Assembly (NCBI GenBank): GCA_947450605.1
Contig: CANFWB010000004.1
Location: 1,013 to 65,012 of the forward strand
DNA from: Burkholderiaceae bacterium
GTDB lineage: Bacteria; Pseudomonadota; Gammaproteobacteria; Burkholderiales; Burkholderiaceae
Reading direction: 5' to 3'
Length of the DNA: 64,000 nt
Shown here: positions 30,293-39,717 of the stretch, one piece after another
Numbering within the stretch: the stretch's first letter is position 1
Layout: the number at the start of each line of letters is the position of its first letter
Made by a program: the position numbers and the translations under genes
Notes under the pieces: model-generated
Told to the model about the DNA's origin: nothing
What the model saw: the letters and a program-made list of their open reading frames with translations, nothing else
The model's database searches: none

Positions 30293-30380
30293 GCCCGAAT
30301 GGTGAAATCGGTAGACACAAGGGATTTAAAATCCCTCGCCCTAAACAGGCGTGCCAGTTCGATTCTGGCTTCGGGCACCA
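30293..30380 (+). tRNA. tRNA-Leu(TAA)
   Basis: GCCCGAA acceptor stem, AGGGA-TTTAAAA-TCCCT anticodon arm, long variable arm, GTTCGA, CCA end. Confidence 0.95.
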
Positions 30381-30401
30381 ATCGATTGATTTCAGGCATC
30401 C

Positions 30402-30848
30402 TTGAAATACCTCCCTATTTTTATTCTGTCTCTTTGTACTGCCCCCGTTTTGGCGGCAGATCCGCTGATTTTTTATTGCGAGCGTACGGAGAAGAATTAC
30501 ACTGAAGTTTACGAATTAAAGATCAGCCCTGCCTCTAAAATTCAAAAGGCTAAAGTGTTTGTTGATGGCCGAGATTTAGATCGGTCCGATGAATTGGGGC
30601 GTCAATCCGTTAAGCATGTTTTGATCACCGAATCGACCGTATTGATTTCAATGGAGGCACACTTTGCCCCAGAGCATTTTGATGGTGTTCAGTATGGAGT
30701 GGGGTCAGTAGCTACGGTGACCACGATCAATCGTTCCAATGGCCAACTCAGAAAATCCGAAACCATTCAAGGCGGCATTCTCTCTGCTACCTTGGGCGAA
30801 GGCACAAGGTTCTATCAAGAGCAATGTACTGCCTCTGCAAAACCTTAA
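30402..30848 (+). CDS. Exported hypothetical protein
   Basis: 148-aa ORF with signal peptide and two Cys in the mature part; fills the gap between the tRNA and exbD. Confidence 0.6.
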   Translation: MKYLPIFILSLCTAPVLAADPLIFYCERTEKNYTEVYELKISPASKIQKAKVFVDGRDLDRSDELGRQSVKHVLITESTVLISMEAHFAPEHFDGVQYGVGSVATVTTINRSNGQLRKSETIQGGILSATLGEGTRFYQEQCTASAKP

Positions 30849-31258
30849 TTCGGTTCCGTTACAAATCCCAATTTAGTTAAGCCAGCACGACGTGATGCGG
30901 CCAGTACTTGAGCAACGTATTCATATTTGACGGATTTATCCGCACGTAAATTAATTTCGGGTTGCGGTTCTTTTTGGGCTGCTTTTTCTGCGTAGCCATC
31001 GAAGGTCTTTAAATCAATTGGCGTGCTATTCCAAAAAATCTGGCCCTTTGCATCGATCGATAGTTGAACTGATTCCGGCTTGACTTCATTGCGCACGCTA
31101 TTGGCTTTTGGTAGCTCGACCTTAACAGCCTGCTGTATCACTGGCAGCGTAATGATAAAAATAATTAAGAGTACCAACATGACGTCCACCATCGGAGTCA
31201 TGTTGATTTCGGCCATGATGCCGCTTTCTTCTTGATCGTTCTGAAGATTAAAAGACAT
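30845..31258 (-). CDS. exbD: Biopolymer transport protein ExbD
   Basis: EINMTPMVDVMLVLLIIF, V.LP.A, LRADK. Confidence 0.93.
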   Translation of the reverse strand: MSFNLQNDQEESGIMAEINMTPMVDVMLVLLIIFIITLPVIQQAVKVELPKANSVRNEVKPESVQLSIDAKGQIFWNSTPIDLKTFDGYAEKAAQKEPQPEINLRADKSVKYEYVAQVLAASRRAGLTKLGFVTEPN

Positions 31259-31260
31259 AT

Positions 31261-31953
31261 TTATTCTCCGGACTTCACGCGGGCGCCAGTCACAAAGTAA
31301 GCGAGAAGATCATTGCCAAAGCGATTGAGATCGGCCAACAGTAATTTATTGGCGCGATTAATGGCGTTAAAGCCCAGTACTGCTGGAATCGCGACAGCTA
31401 AACCTAAGGCGGTCATGATCAGCGCCTCACCAATCGGGCCAGCCACTTGATCAATTTGCGCGCTACCAGAACTGCTAATTGCGATCAAAGCGTGATAGAT
31501 ACCCCATACCGTTCCGAACAAGCCAATAAACGGTGCTGTTGCACCAGTAGAGCCAAGAAAGGTAAGCCCTTTTTGGAGTTGCGCTGCAACACCATCAATG
31601 CTGTTCTTGAGGCTTCGCGCCATCCACTCGGAGTAATTGAGTGTTTGCAGGAGTTCGCGATGATTGGTAGATTGACTCTGATGGTGAGTCGATGCGCCAC
31701 TGGCTGCTTTAGCAATCTGATAGTAAGGATTACTTGCATGGCTGGTAAATGCATTGAGCCCTTGGTCGTAAGATGTAGCGCGCCAGAATTGATCTAGCTC
31801 TGGCTTGAGTTTGCGTAGGTTACGCAAATCCCAAAAGCGGGAAATGAGGATGACCCAAGTCACGATGGAGCAAGTGAGTAGGGCGAGCGCTACAAAGCGA
31901 GTAATGGTGTCGCCCTCAAGCCACAAATTTGCTAAGCCAAATGGTGTATTCAT
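31261..31953 (-). CDS. exbB: ExbB/TolQ proton channel
   Basis: APFIGLFGTVWGI, GPIGEALIMTALGL.VAIPA. Confidence 0.93.
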   Translation of the reverse strand: MNTPFGLANLWLEGDTITRFVALALLTCSIVTWVILISRFWDLRNLRKLKPELDQFWRATSYDQGLNAFTSHASNPYYQIAKAASGASTHHQSQSTNHRELLQTLNYSEWMARSLKNSIDGVAAQLQKGLTFLGSTGATAPFIGLFGTVWGIYHALIAISSSGSAQIDQVAGPIGEALIMTALGLAVAIPAVLGFNAINRANKLLLADLNRFGNDLLAYFVTGARVKSGE

Positions 31954-31958
31954 AATGA

Positions 31959-32651
31959 TTAATTCTTTAAATTAAATTTAATTAAAAGGTTGGTAGAAAT
32001 TCTGGCGGGAGCGCCGTTGACTAAAAACGGTTTAAAACGATATCTTCGACCAATCTCACCAGCTGCTCGATCTAGCCTTGGAAATGAACTAGAGCGTAAT
32101 AAGGCGACATCTTCAACACTTCCAGATTCATCAATAATTAATCTAACTACCACTTCACCTTGCTCTCCAGAGCGCTTGGAGAAAGAGGGGTAGTAGGCAT
32201 CTGCATCGGGTTGATAAGCAACAACCAGTTTACCAATATCGGTCTGAATCGGTGTGCCGCTGGATCCTGAAGTCGTTGCGGGCGCAACTGTGGCATTGGG
32301 GGTCTGCGATTCACTTCTAGATTGGGCTGCGGGCGGAGTTGGAGTCTGCTGTTGAGTTTGAGGTGGGGTGGGCGCTTGAGTGGATTTCTCATCCACGGGT
32401 TTTTGCTTTTGCTCTTGTTTCGGTTTTGGTGGTGGCGCGGCTGGCGCTGCTTGAGGCTGCTTAGCAGCTTCGGGGCTTACCAGATTGGCCATCACTCGCG
32501 CATCATCTAGATTATTTTCGTTGTCCGGTTTCATACCACTCTGAAAGCCGATTAAAAAAAGAAGGTGCAGGGCAATGACGATGCCGATGATGATGCGTTC
32601 GGTTTTATCAAAGGGTAGACGCGCATTCATGTGAGATAGCAAATTGCTCAT
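31959..32651 (-). CDS. tonB: TonB energy transducer
   Basis: TM helix with His, Pro-rich linker, YP...R.GEQG.V, SS..PRLD.AA. Confidence 0.9.
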   Translation of the reverse strand: MSNLLSHMNARLPFDKTERIIIGIVIALHLLFLIGFQSGMKPDNENNLDDARVMANLVSPEAAKQPQAAPAAPPPKPKQEQKQKPVDEKSTQAPTPPQTQQQTPTPPAAQSRSESQTPNATVAPATTSGSSGTPIQTDIGKLVVAYQPDADAYYPSFSKRSGEQGEVVVRLIIDESGSVEDVALLRSSSFPRLDRAAGEIGRRYRFKPFLVNGAPARISTNLLIKFNLKN

Positions 32652-33457
32652 CTAAAGGCACTCACTAATCGTGATTCAATGCGGTGCGCACTCAGATCAG
32701 ATTGCATTAACTCTTGTGCCATTTGATGCAAGGTATCGGCATCTTTACTGCTAATGAGTTGAATGGAACCATGGGTACCGTCATCCAGATGCTTATCTTG
32801 CGCTTCTAATTTTCGCTTGAGTTGTCGCACTACTGCATCGCTGGTATCAATCAAATTAATGGAGTCACCCAGAAGCTTGCGAATCGCTTTTCTTAAAAAA
32901 GGGTAGTGCGTACATCCAAGCACTAGGGTATCGGCCCCTGCATCCTGGATGGGCTCAAGATGTTCAGCCAGCAACTCGAGCGTTTCTTCGCTATTGGCCT
33001 GACCAGCTTCAATCAAAGGAACTAAACCAGCGCCTGCTTGCTTGATAAATAGACAGTCATTTGGGAGTGTTGCGAGTAGGGCATTGAACTTATCGCTTTT
33101 GAGTGTGGCTTCAGTAGCAAGGACACCCACGACACCATTGGTCGATTGCATGGCTGCAGGCTTGATGCCAGGCTCCACGCCAATGATCGGAATGTGATGC
33201 AGTTCAGTACGAATACGGGCTATCGCTTCGGCAGTAGCCGTATTACAAGCCACCATGATCGCATCGCAACCTTGCGCGGCTAAATACTGACAGAGTTCCA
33301 TGCTACGAGAGGCAATCCATGCGCTGGACTTTTCTCCATAAGGGGCATTGATCGAGTCGGCTAGATAAATGTAGTCGTGCTCGGGAAGCTGGCGCAGAGC
33401 CTCATCCAAAATGGATAAGCCTCCAACGCCAGAATCAAATACCCCGATGAGTGCCAA
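32648..33457 (-). CDS. murI: Glutamate racemase
   Basis: IGVFDSGVGGLS, PYG.K, ACNTAT, LGCTHYP; TTG start at 33457 inferred. Confidence 0.95.
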   Translation of the reverse strand: MALIGVFDSGVGGLSILDEALRQLPEHDYIYLADSINAPYGEKSSAWIASRSMELCQYLAAQGCDAIMVACNTATAEAIARIRTELHHIPIIGVEPGIKPAAMQSTNGVVGVLATEATLKSDKFNALLATLPNDCLFIKQAGAGLVPLIEAGQANSEETLELLAEHLEPIQDAGADTLVLGCTHYPFLRKAIRKLLGDSINLIDTSDAVVRQLKRKLEAQDKHLDDGTHGSIQLISSKDADTLHQMAQELMQSDLSAHRIESRLVSAFR

Positions 33458-33498
33458 TGAAGAGTCGCTTAACTGTGTTTTGTTATTGAGCTTGTGCC

Positions 33499-35022
33499 TT
33501 AAGCAATCGTGACTGGAATGCCACCAATCTTCGCTTGCCACTCTTTTGGACCAGTCTCATGCATGGAGACGCCCGTGGAGCTTACGGCTACGGTCACTGG
33601 CATATCTTGGACATCGAACTCGTAAATGGCTTCCATACCCAAGTCAGCAAAGCCAACCACTTTGGCTGTCCGAATGGCTTTAGAGACTAAGTAAGCAGCG
33701 CCACCAACAACCATCAAGTAAGCGGACTTATGTTTCTTAATTGCTTCAATTGCAGCAGGACCACGCTCCGCTTTACCAATCATGGAGACTAGACCTGTCT
33801 GTGACAACATCATCTCCGTGAACTTATCCATTCGAGTAGATGTTGTTGGACCCGCTGGGCCAACCGCTTCATCACCCACAGGATCAACTGGGCCAACGTA
33901 ATAGATCACGCGATTCTTAAAGCTGACCGGGAGCTCTTCTCCTTTGGCCAGCATGTCTTGAATGCGTTTGTGTGCAGCATCGCGACCGGTCAAGATCTTG
34001 CCGTTGAGTAGGAGTGTTTCGCCTTCTTTCCAGCCGGCAACTTCTTCGGCTGTTAGGGTTTCCAAGTTCACACGTTTGGATTTTTTAGTATCGGGAGTCC
34101 AAGTGACATCTGGCCAATCGGATAATGAAGGTCTCTCGAGTTTTGCTGGGCCATCACCATGGAGGTGGAAATGGACGTGGCGAGTAGCAGCACAGTTGGG
34201 AATCATCGCTACTGGTAAAGATGCGGCATGCGTTGGGTAGTCCATGATCTTGATATCTAGAACGGTAGTTAAGCCGCCGAGACCTTGGGCGCCAATGCCG
34301 AGCTTGTTGACCTTGTCAAAAATCTCCAAACGCAGTTCTTCAATACGGTTTTGTGGGCCACGCGCGATTAGCTCTTGAATGTCTACAGGCCCCATCAAAG
34401 ACTCTTTAGCCATCAGCATGGCCTTTTCTGGGGTGCCACCAATGCCGATACCCAAAATGCCAGGAGGACACCAGCCTGCACCCATGGTTGGAACGGTTTT
34501 AAGGACCCAGTCGACGATGGAGTCAGAAGGGTTGAGCATCACCATCTTGGCTTTGTTCTCGGAGCCACCGCCCTTGGCGGCGCAAATGACTTCAACATCA
34601 TCCCCTGGGACGATTTCATAATGAATAACGGCAGGGGTGTTATCACCGGTGTTTTTGCGTTTACCCGCCGGATCAGTCAAGACTGAAGCGCGAAGCGGGT
34701 TATCTGGGTTCATGTAAGCCCGACGCACGCCTTCATTGACCATCTCAGAAACGCTCATGGTGGCGTCGCCCCACTGGACATTCATACCGATCTTGAGAAA
34801 AACGACTGCAATGCCCGTGTCCTGACACATCGGGCGGTGACCTTCTGCGCACATGCGGCTATTGGTCAAGATTTGGGCAATGGCATCCTTTGCCGCGGCA
34901 CCTTGTTCTAGCTCGTAAGCCTTACCCATGGCGGAGATGAAGTCCTTAGGATGGTAGTAAGAGATGAACTGAAATGCGTCAGCAACACTTTGAATGAGGT
35001 CGTTTTGTTTGATATTTGTCAT
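33499..35022 (-). CDS. fumA: Class I Fe-S fumarate hydratase
   Basis: P.CQDTG, KGGGSENK, GAGWCPPG, GPTTSTRMD. Confidence 0.93.
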   Translation of the reverse strand: MTNIKQNDLIQSVADAFQFISYYHPKDFISAMGKAYELEQGAAAKDAIAQILTNSRMCAEGHRPMCQDTGIAVVFLKIGMNVQWGDATMSVSEMVNEGVRRAYMNPDNPLRASVLTDPAGKRKNTGDNTPAVIHYEIVPGDDVEVICAAKGGGSENKAKMVMLNPSDSIVDWVLKTVPTMGAGWCPPGILGIGIGGTPEKAMLMAKESLMGPVDIQELIARGPQNRIEELRLEIFDKVNKLGIGAQGLGGLTTVLDIKIMDYPTHAASLPVAMIPNCAATRHVHFHLHGDGPAKLERPSLSDWPDVTWTPDTKKSKRVNLETLTAEEVAGWKEGETLLLNGKILTGRDAAHKRIQDMLAKGEELPVSFKNRVIYYVGPVDPVGDEAVGPAGPTTSTRMDKFTEMMLSQTGLVSMIGKAERGPAAIEAIKKHKSAYLMVVGGAAYLVSKAIRTAKVVGFADLGMEAIYEFDVQDMPVTVAVSSTGVSMHETGPKEWQAKIGGIPVTIA

Positions 35023-35189
35023 AGTTTTAGACTGAATTAAGTAGGGTTTCTTCTATTTTAAGGGTTTGCCATAGAGCAAATCTAGCCTGTTTTCACTTAT
35101 CTTGTTAGCTCTTGGGGACGCGATTCCCTAATTCTGCGTTATTTTCGCGGAAAAAGACGACTGATTATTGAATAGAAGGGCTGTGAAGC

Positions 35190-37163
35190 ATGGAACCATT
35201 GATGCAAGAAAACCGCGTATTTAACCCACCTGCTGATTTTGTTAAAGGAGCTGCTGTTCCAGGCATGGAAGCTTACAACAAGCTCTGTGCAGAAGCTGAG
35301 AAAGATTACGACGGTTTCTGGGGTCGCCTTGCAAAAGAAAATATTTTCTGGAAAAAGCCTTTCACCAAAGTTCTTGATGAATCCAAAGCGCCTTTCTATA
35401 AATGGTTTGAAGATGGCACAACGAATGCTTCATATAACTGCTTAGATCGTCAGGTTGAAAACGGCCTGGGTAATAAGACTGCAATTATTTTTGAAGCAGA
35501 TGATGGTTCAGTAAGCAATGTGACCTATCAAGAACTGCTTGAGCGTGTTTGCAAAATGGCAAATGCACTGCGCAAAATGGGCATCAAGTCTGGTGACCGC
35601 GTCATTATTTATATGGCAATGACTATCGAAGGCATTGTTGCTATGCAGGCCTGTGCCCGTATTGGCGCAATTCACTCTGTGGTCTTTGGTGGTTTTTCAG
35701 CTCAAGCCTTACGCGATCGAATTATTGACGTAGGCGCCATTGCGGTGATTACTGCTGACGGACAATTCCGCGGTGGCAAATCATTACCCTTAAAAGCAAT
35801 TTGCGATGAAGCTCTCTCAACTGGCGAATGTGGCAATGTAAAGCATGTCATCGTGAGCAAACGCACCGGTCTTGATGTCGCCATGACGGCAGGTCGGGAT
35901 GTGTGGATGCAAGAAATTGTCGCTAATGAACCTGCGACTTGTGAGCCAGAGTGGGTCAGCGCTGAGCACCCACTATTTATTCTGTACACATCAGGCTCAA
36001 CGGGTAAGCCAAAGGGTGTGCAACATTCAACAGGTGGTTACCTCCTGTGGGCGATTCTCACAATGAAGTGGACCTTTGACATTAAGCCAAGCGATGTGTT
36101 CTGGTGCACCGCTGACATTGGTTGGGTAACGGGTCACTCCTACATTACCTACGGCCCACTTGCAGTTGGCGCTACAGAGATCGTATTTGAAGGTGTGCCG
36201 ACTTATCCTAATGCAGGCCGTTTCTGGGACATGATTCAGAAACACAAGGCAACGATTTTCTACACCGCACCAACCGCTATTCGTTCATTGATCAAAGCCT
36301 CTAGCAACGATGAGGCAGTGCATCCAAAGAGCTATGACTTGTCTTCATTGCGCCTCTTGGGTTCGGTCGGCGAACCAATTAATCCTGAAGCATGGATGTG
36401 GTACTACGAGAATGTGGGTGGCTCACGTTGCCCAATTACGGATACTTTCTGGCAAACAGAAACTGGCGGCCACATGATTTCACCATTGCCGGGTGCAACT
36501 CCAATGATTCCAGGTTCTTGCACATTGCCATTGCCCGGCATCATGGCGGCAATTGTGGATGAGGCGGGTGTGGATGTACCAAATGGCCATGGCGGCATCT
36601 TGGTTGTCAAGCGTCCATGGCCTTCGATGATTCGTACGATTTGGAATGATCCAGATCGTTTCATTAAGTCTTATTTCCCAGAAGAGTTGGGTGGCACTTT
36701 GTATCTGGCTGGCGACGGCGCAATTCGTAATAAAGATACTGGCTACTTCACGATTACCGGTCGTATCGATGACGTATTGAATGTGTCCGGTCACCGTATG
36801 GGCACGATGGAAATTGAATCTTGCTTAGTTGCTAACCCATTGGTAGCTGAAGCTGCAGTGGTGGGTCGTCCCGATGATTTGACTGGTGAGGCCATTTGCG
36901 TATTCGTGGTTCTGAAGGGTGGTCGCCCAACAGGTGATGAAGCTAAGAAGCTTGCTACTGAACTTCGTAATTGGGTGGGCAAAGAGATTGGTCCAATCGC
37001 TAAACCCAAAGACGTGCGCTTCGGTGACAACTTGCCTAAAACGCGTTCCGGCAAAATCATGCGCCGCTTGCTGCGCGTAATTGCCAAAGGCGAAGAAGTT
37101 ACTCAAGACACTTCCACTCTTGAAAATCCCGCAATTTTGGATCAGCTCAAAGAGTCTTTATAA
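35190..37163 (+). CDS. acs: Acetyl-CoA synthetase
   Basis: [44 protein letters not shown]. Confidence 0.97.
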   Translation: MEPLMQENRVFNPPADFVKGAAVPGMEAYNKLCAEAEKDYDGFWGRLAKENIFWKKPFTKVLDESKAPFYKWFEDGTTNASYNCLDRQVENGLGNKTAIIFEADDGSVSNVTYQELLERVCKMANALRKMGIKSGDRVIIYMAMTIEGIVAMQACARIGAIHSVVFGGFSAQALRDRIIDVGAIAVITADGQFRGGKSLPLKAICDEALSTGECGNVKHVIVSKRTGLDVAMTAGRDVWMQEIVANEPATCEPEWVSAEHPLFILYTSGSTGKPKGVQHSTGGYLLWAILTMKWTFDIKPSDVFWCTADIGWVTGHSYITYGPLAVGATEIVFEGVPTYPNAGRFWDMIQKHKATIFYTAPTAIRSLIKASSNDEAVHPKSYDLSSLRLLGSVGEPINPEAWMWYYENVGGSRCPITDTFWQTETGGHMISPLPGATPMIPGSCTLPLPGIMAAIVDEAGVDVPNGHGGILVVKRPWPSMIRTIWNDPDRFIKSYFPEELGGTLYLAGDGAIRNKDTGYFTITGRIDDVLNVSGHRMGTMEIESCLVANPLVAEAAVVGRPDDLTGEAICVFVVLKGGRPTGDEAKKLATELRNWVGKEIGPIAKPKDVRFGDNLPKTRSGKIMRRLLRVIAKGEEVTQDTSTLENPAILDQLKESL

Positions 37164-37211
37164 GGATTTGGGCGGAAACCTTTCCGGCAAACGTATAATC
37201 ATCGCTTGTAC

Positions 37212-37302
37212 GGAAGGGTGGATGAGCGGTTTAAGTCACACGCCTGGAAAGCGTGCGTAGGTTTATAGCCTACCGCGGGTTCGAATCCCGCCTCTTCCGC
37301 CA
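37212..37302 (+). tRNA. tRNA-Ser(GGA)
   Basis: GGAAGGG acceptor stem, CACGC-CTGGAAA-GCGTG anticodon arm, long variable arm, GTTCGAATC, CCA end. Confidence 0.96.
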
Positions 37303-37309
37303 GTAGTTT

Positions 37310-37333
37310 AAAACCACCTTCGGGTGGTTTTTT
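37310..37333 (+). terminator. Rho-independent terminator
   Basis: AAACCACC-TTCG-GGTGGTTT plus T-run. Confidence 0.85.
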
Positions 37334-37439
37334 CATGGTTTTTTGCTTAAATTTGTCTGTTTTTTGCACTTAAATACTTCCTTTCAGGACCCACAACCCC
37401 CTGTTTTTAATCAAATAATGGGGTTTTTGATCTTTTTGT

Positions 37440-37503
37440 TGCGTTGCCGCAAATAATTCTTGCAGTGCTATAGAAAACTTTTTACAATGGTGCATCGCAA
37501 TAA
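37440..37503. promoter_or_regulatory. Putative PhaR-binding TGC-N3-GCA boxes upstream of the phasin gene
   Basis: TGCGTTGCCGCA, TGCAGTGCTA and TGCATCGCAATAA clustered just upstream of phaP. Confidence 0.5.
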
Positions 37504-37536
37504 ATTTTCATCCACTTAAAAAGTAAGGAAAACACC

Positions 37537-38109
37537 ATGTTCCAGAATCAATTAAAAGACCAACTCTCACAAGCTCAAACTAAGGCTGTAGAAAACGCAA
37601 AGTTTTTGGCACAAGTTGCTGTTGAAAGTGCACAAGAATTAGCTGAAATCAACCAAGCTGCTGCTAAAGATGCATTAGTTGCTGCTCAAGAAGCTAGCGC
37701 TCAGTTGTTGGCAATTAAAGATGCACAGCAATTGACTAAATTAGCTCAGCCAGAAGTAGCTCAAGAGGCTGCTAAGTACGCTGCTGCTTACCAAGCAAAA
37801 GTAAACAAAGTTGTACGTAACGGTAACAAAGAAGTGGCTCAAGTAGTTGACGCTTCTATTGATGACGCACGTGCTGATTTGGTTAACTTTGTTAAAGAGG
37901 CTACTAAGACAGCTCCTGCTGGTTCTGAGGCATTTGTATCTGCATTCAAAACTGCATTTGATACTTCGCTCCAACAGTTTGACCAAGTTCGCGCTTCAGC
38001 TACTGATGCTTTCGCAAACTTTGAGAAGAGTGTTGATGCTGCATTGGCTAACATTCAAGGTCAATACGCAGTTGCTAAGCCAGCTGCAAAAAGCCGTAAA
38101 GCTGCTTAA
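37537..38109 (+). CDS. phaP: Phasin (PHA granule protein)
   Basis: Ala/Gln-rich helical 190 aa; L.E.N.AAAK, APAGSEAFV, strong Shine-Dalgarno, biased codon usage. Confidence 0.85.
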   Translation: MFQNQLKDQLSQAQTKAVENAKFLAQVAVESAQELAEINQAAAKDALVAAQEASAQLLAIKDAQQLTKLAQPEVAQEAAKYAAAYQAKVNKVVRNGNKEVAQVVDASIDDARADLVNFVKEATKTAPAGSEAFVSAFKTAFDTSLQQFDQVRASATDAFANFEKSVDAALANIQGQYAVAKPAAKSRKAA

Positions 38110-38132
38110 TTCGTTTTAACGCTTTAAGTGAG

Positions 38133-38160
38133 AGACCGCCTTCGGGCGGTTTTTCTTTTT
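38133..38160 (+). terminator. Rho-independent terminator
   Basis: ACCGCC-TTCG-GGCGGT plus T-run. Confidence 0.85.
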
Positions 38161-38205
38161 CTAATTGCCGTAATATCTCTGTACAAAACAAAAACGGAGA
38201 AAAAC

Positions 38206-38511
38206 ATGATCTTTGCAATCCTATTGATGGATCGACCTGGCACTGCCGAGTTGCGTATTCAAGTGCGACCGGAGCATCGCGACTACCTGGGAAAGCTGGC
38301 TGACAAAATGGCCTTTGCGGGACCGCTAACGTCGGAAGATGGTAAGACTGCAGTTGGTAGCTTATTAGTCATGGACTTTCCAAGCAAAGCGGATGTAGAG
38401 GCCTGGCTATCTGATGAGCCTTTCACCAGGGCGGGTGTTTATGAGAAGCCCATCATTCATGTGTTTAACAACTGCTGGCAACAAATGGTTGGGTTTCCAC
38501 CCTCGGCCTAA
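38206..38511 (+). CDS. YciI family protein
   Basis: D......R...RPEH..YL, AGP, GSL, EPF..AG. Confidence 0.85.
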   Translation: MIFAILLMDRPGTAELRIQVRPEHRDYLGKLADKMAFAGPLTSEDGKTAVGSLLVMDFPSKADVEAWLSDEPFTRAGVYEKPIIHVFNNCWQQMVGFPPSA

Positions 38512-38513
38512 AT

Positions 38514-38538
38514 AAAAAGCCACCTGATGAGGTGGCTT
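38514..38538 (-). terminator. Terminator between convergent genes
   Basis: AAGCCACCT-GATG-AGGTGGCTT preceded by an A-run. Confidence 0.65.
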
Positions 38539-38555
38539 CGGGGCTGACAGAAGGC

Positions 38556-39149
38556 TTAGATTGGCTTGATCTGCAGCTTTCTAAATTTAACAGTCCCGCC
38601 GGCAGACTGAAGCGCAATCAACCCTTCTGAAAACTTGCTGTCTCTGGCGTCGGCAACCGTAATGGCGCCATTCATCGTGACTATCAGTTGGGATCCGTTA
38701 GCGGTGATTTCCATGGTGTTCCAACGGCCACCAGCTTTATGAATTGGGTTGACCTTGGCAACATCGACAATGGCCCCGGTGGAGTACTCTTGTCCAGGGC
38801 GGGTATCCCAAATATTGACCTCGTATGCATTTCCAGCGCTGACCTGCTTAGGATCCTGGCAGCGAATAAAAATTCCACTATTGGTATCGGATTCCGCCCA
38901 AAACTCAGCGCGAATAATGAAGTTCCGGTAACTTTTGCTGCTCACCAAAAATCCCGATGGCTTGTTTCCCTCAATGATTCCTTTGCCAATAACCCAATTT
39001 GCATTGCCGATGATGTTCCAGCCGTCGAGACTCACGCCATCGATTAAATCGGTGTAGCCATCTTGCGTTTGAGCATGGGCGTTCATGGAAAGTAGGGCGG
39101 TGGTCAGCGAAAAGGCGATAGCTAACAGTTGCTTCAAGACGGGTTTCAT
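38556..39149 (-). CDS. DUF1080 / 3-keto-disaccharide hydrolase-like exported protein
   Basis: L.DG.SLDGW, Y.NF, NSGIF.R, YEV.I.D, WN..EI, G.IALQ, FR...IK. Confidence 0.85.
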   Translation of the reverse strand: MKPVLKQLLAIAFSLTTALLSMNAHAQTQDGYTDLIDGVSLDGWNIIGNANWVIGKGIIEGNKPSGFLVSSKSYRNFIIRAEFWAESDTNSGIFIRCQDPKQVSAGNAYEVNIWDTRPGQEYSTGAIVDVAKVNPIHKAGGRWNTMEITANGSQLIVTMNGAITVADARDSKFSEGLIALQSAGGTVKFRKLQIKPI

Positions 39150-39276
39150 CGTGGTCTCCAAATGTATTTATTGTTGTGTGTGATATTGCTCTCCTGCATT
39201 GTTGCTGACTTGCCACCTATTGCACAAGTACTCACTTTCCCTTAACTTGGGGCTCGGAATCCAGTAGACTTGCGGT

Positions 39277-39501
39277 ATGAATCCAACTACATTGCGCGCC
39301 TTAGCCATTCTTGCTGTTATTGCCACTGCTGCCTTATCTGGCTGTGGGTCAATTGAGTCTGCGGCCCAAGATGACTGCACCTCTATTGGCTGGCAGATTG
39401 GTAGCAAGGGCTATCAAGATTGTTTCAAGGCCAGGGTCTATGAGCGTAAGTTGGATTATTCACTTCCGCCGGGCGACAAGCCTTCCCCATCAGTCATCTA
39501 A
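39277..39501 (+). CDS. Small lipoprotein
   Basis: Lipobox LSGC; C...G...GS..Y.DC. Confidence 0.7.
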   Translation: MNPTTLRALAILAVIATAALSGCGSIESAAQDDCTSIGWQIGSKGYQDCFKARVYERKLDYSLPPGDKPSPSVI

Positions 39502-39717
39502 ATTAAGGGTTTACCCTTAGATTCATTCACTTGAGCGCCGTCAAGGACTTGAGGCCAGAAATAACCCAAAATCACGTGTGATTTTGGGAATTCCCTATAT
39601 AGAGCGAAATGCAGCAAGGCTGCTAATTTGGGCATTCTCAATTGAAGTATTCAGCGGCATTTAACTACATCAAAAATAGCAGCAATCATTGCGACTAGAA
39701 ATTAGAGACTACACACT

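Noticed and set aside
30281-30505. 74-aa ORF
   Set aside because: It overlaps tRNA-Leu and is a shadow translation.
30293-37302. Island integrated at tRNA-Leu or tRNA-Ser(GGA)
   Set aside because: The flanking genes are housekeeping, and I saw no integrase or duplicated tRNA end.
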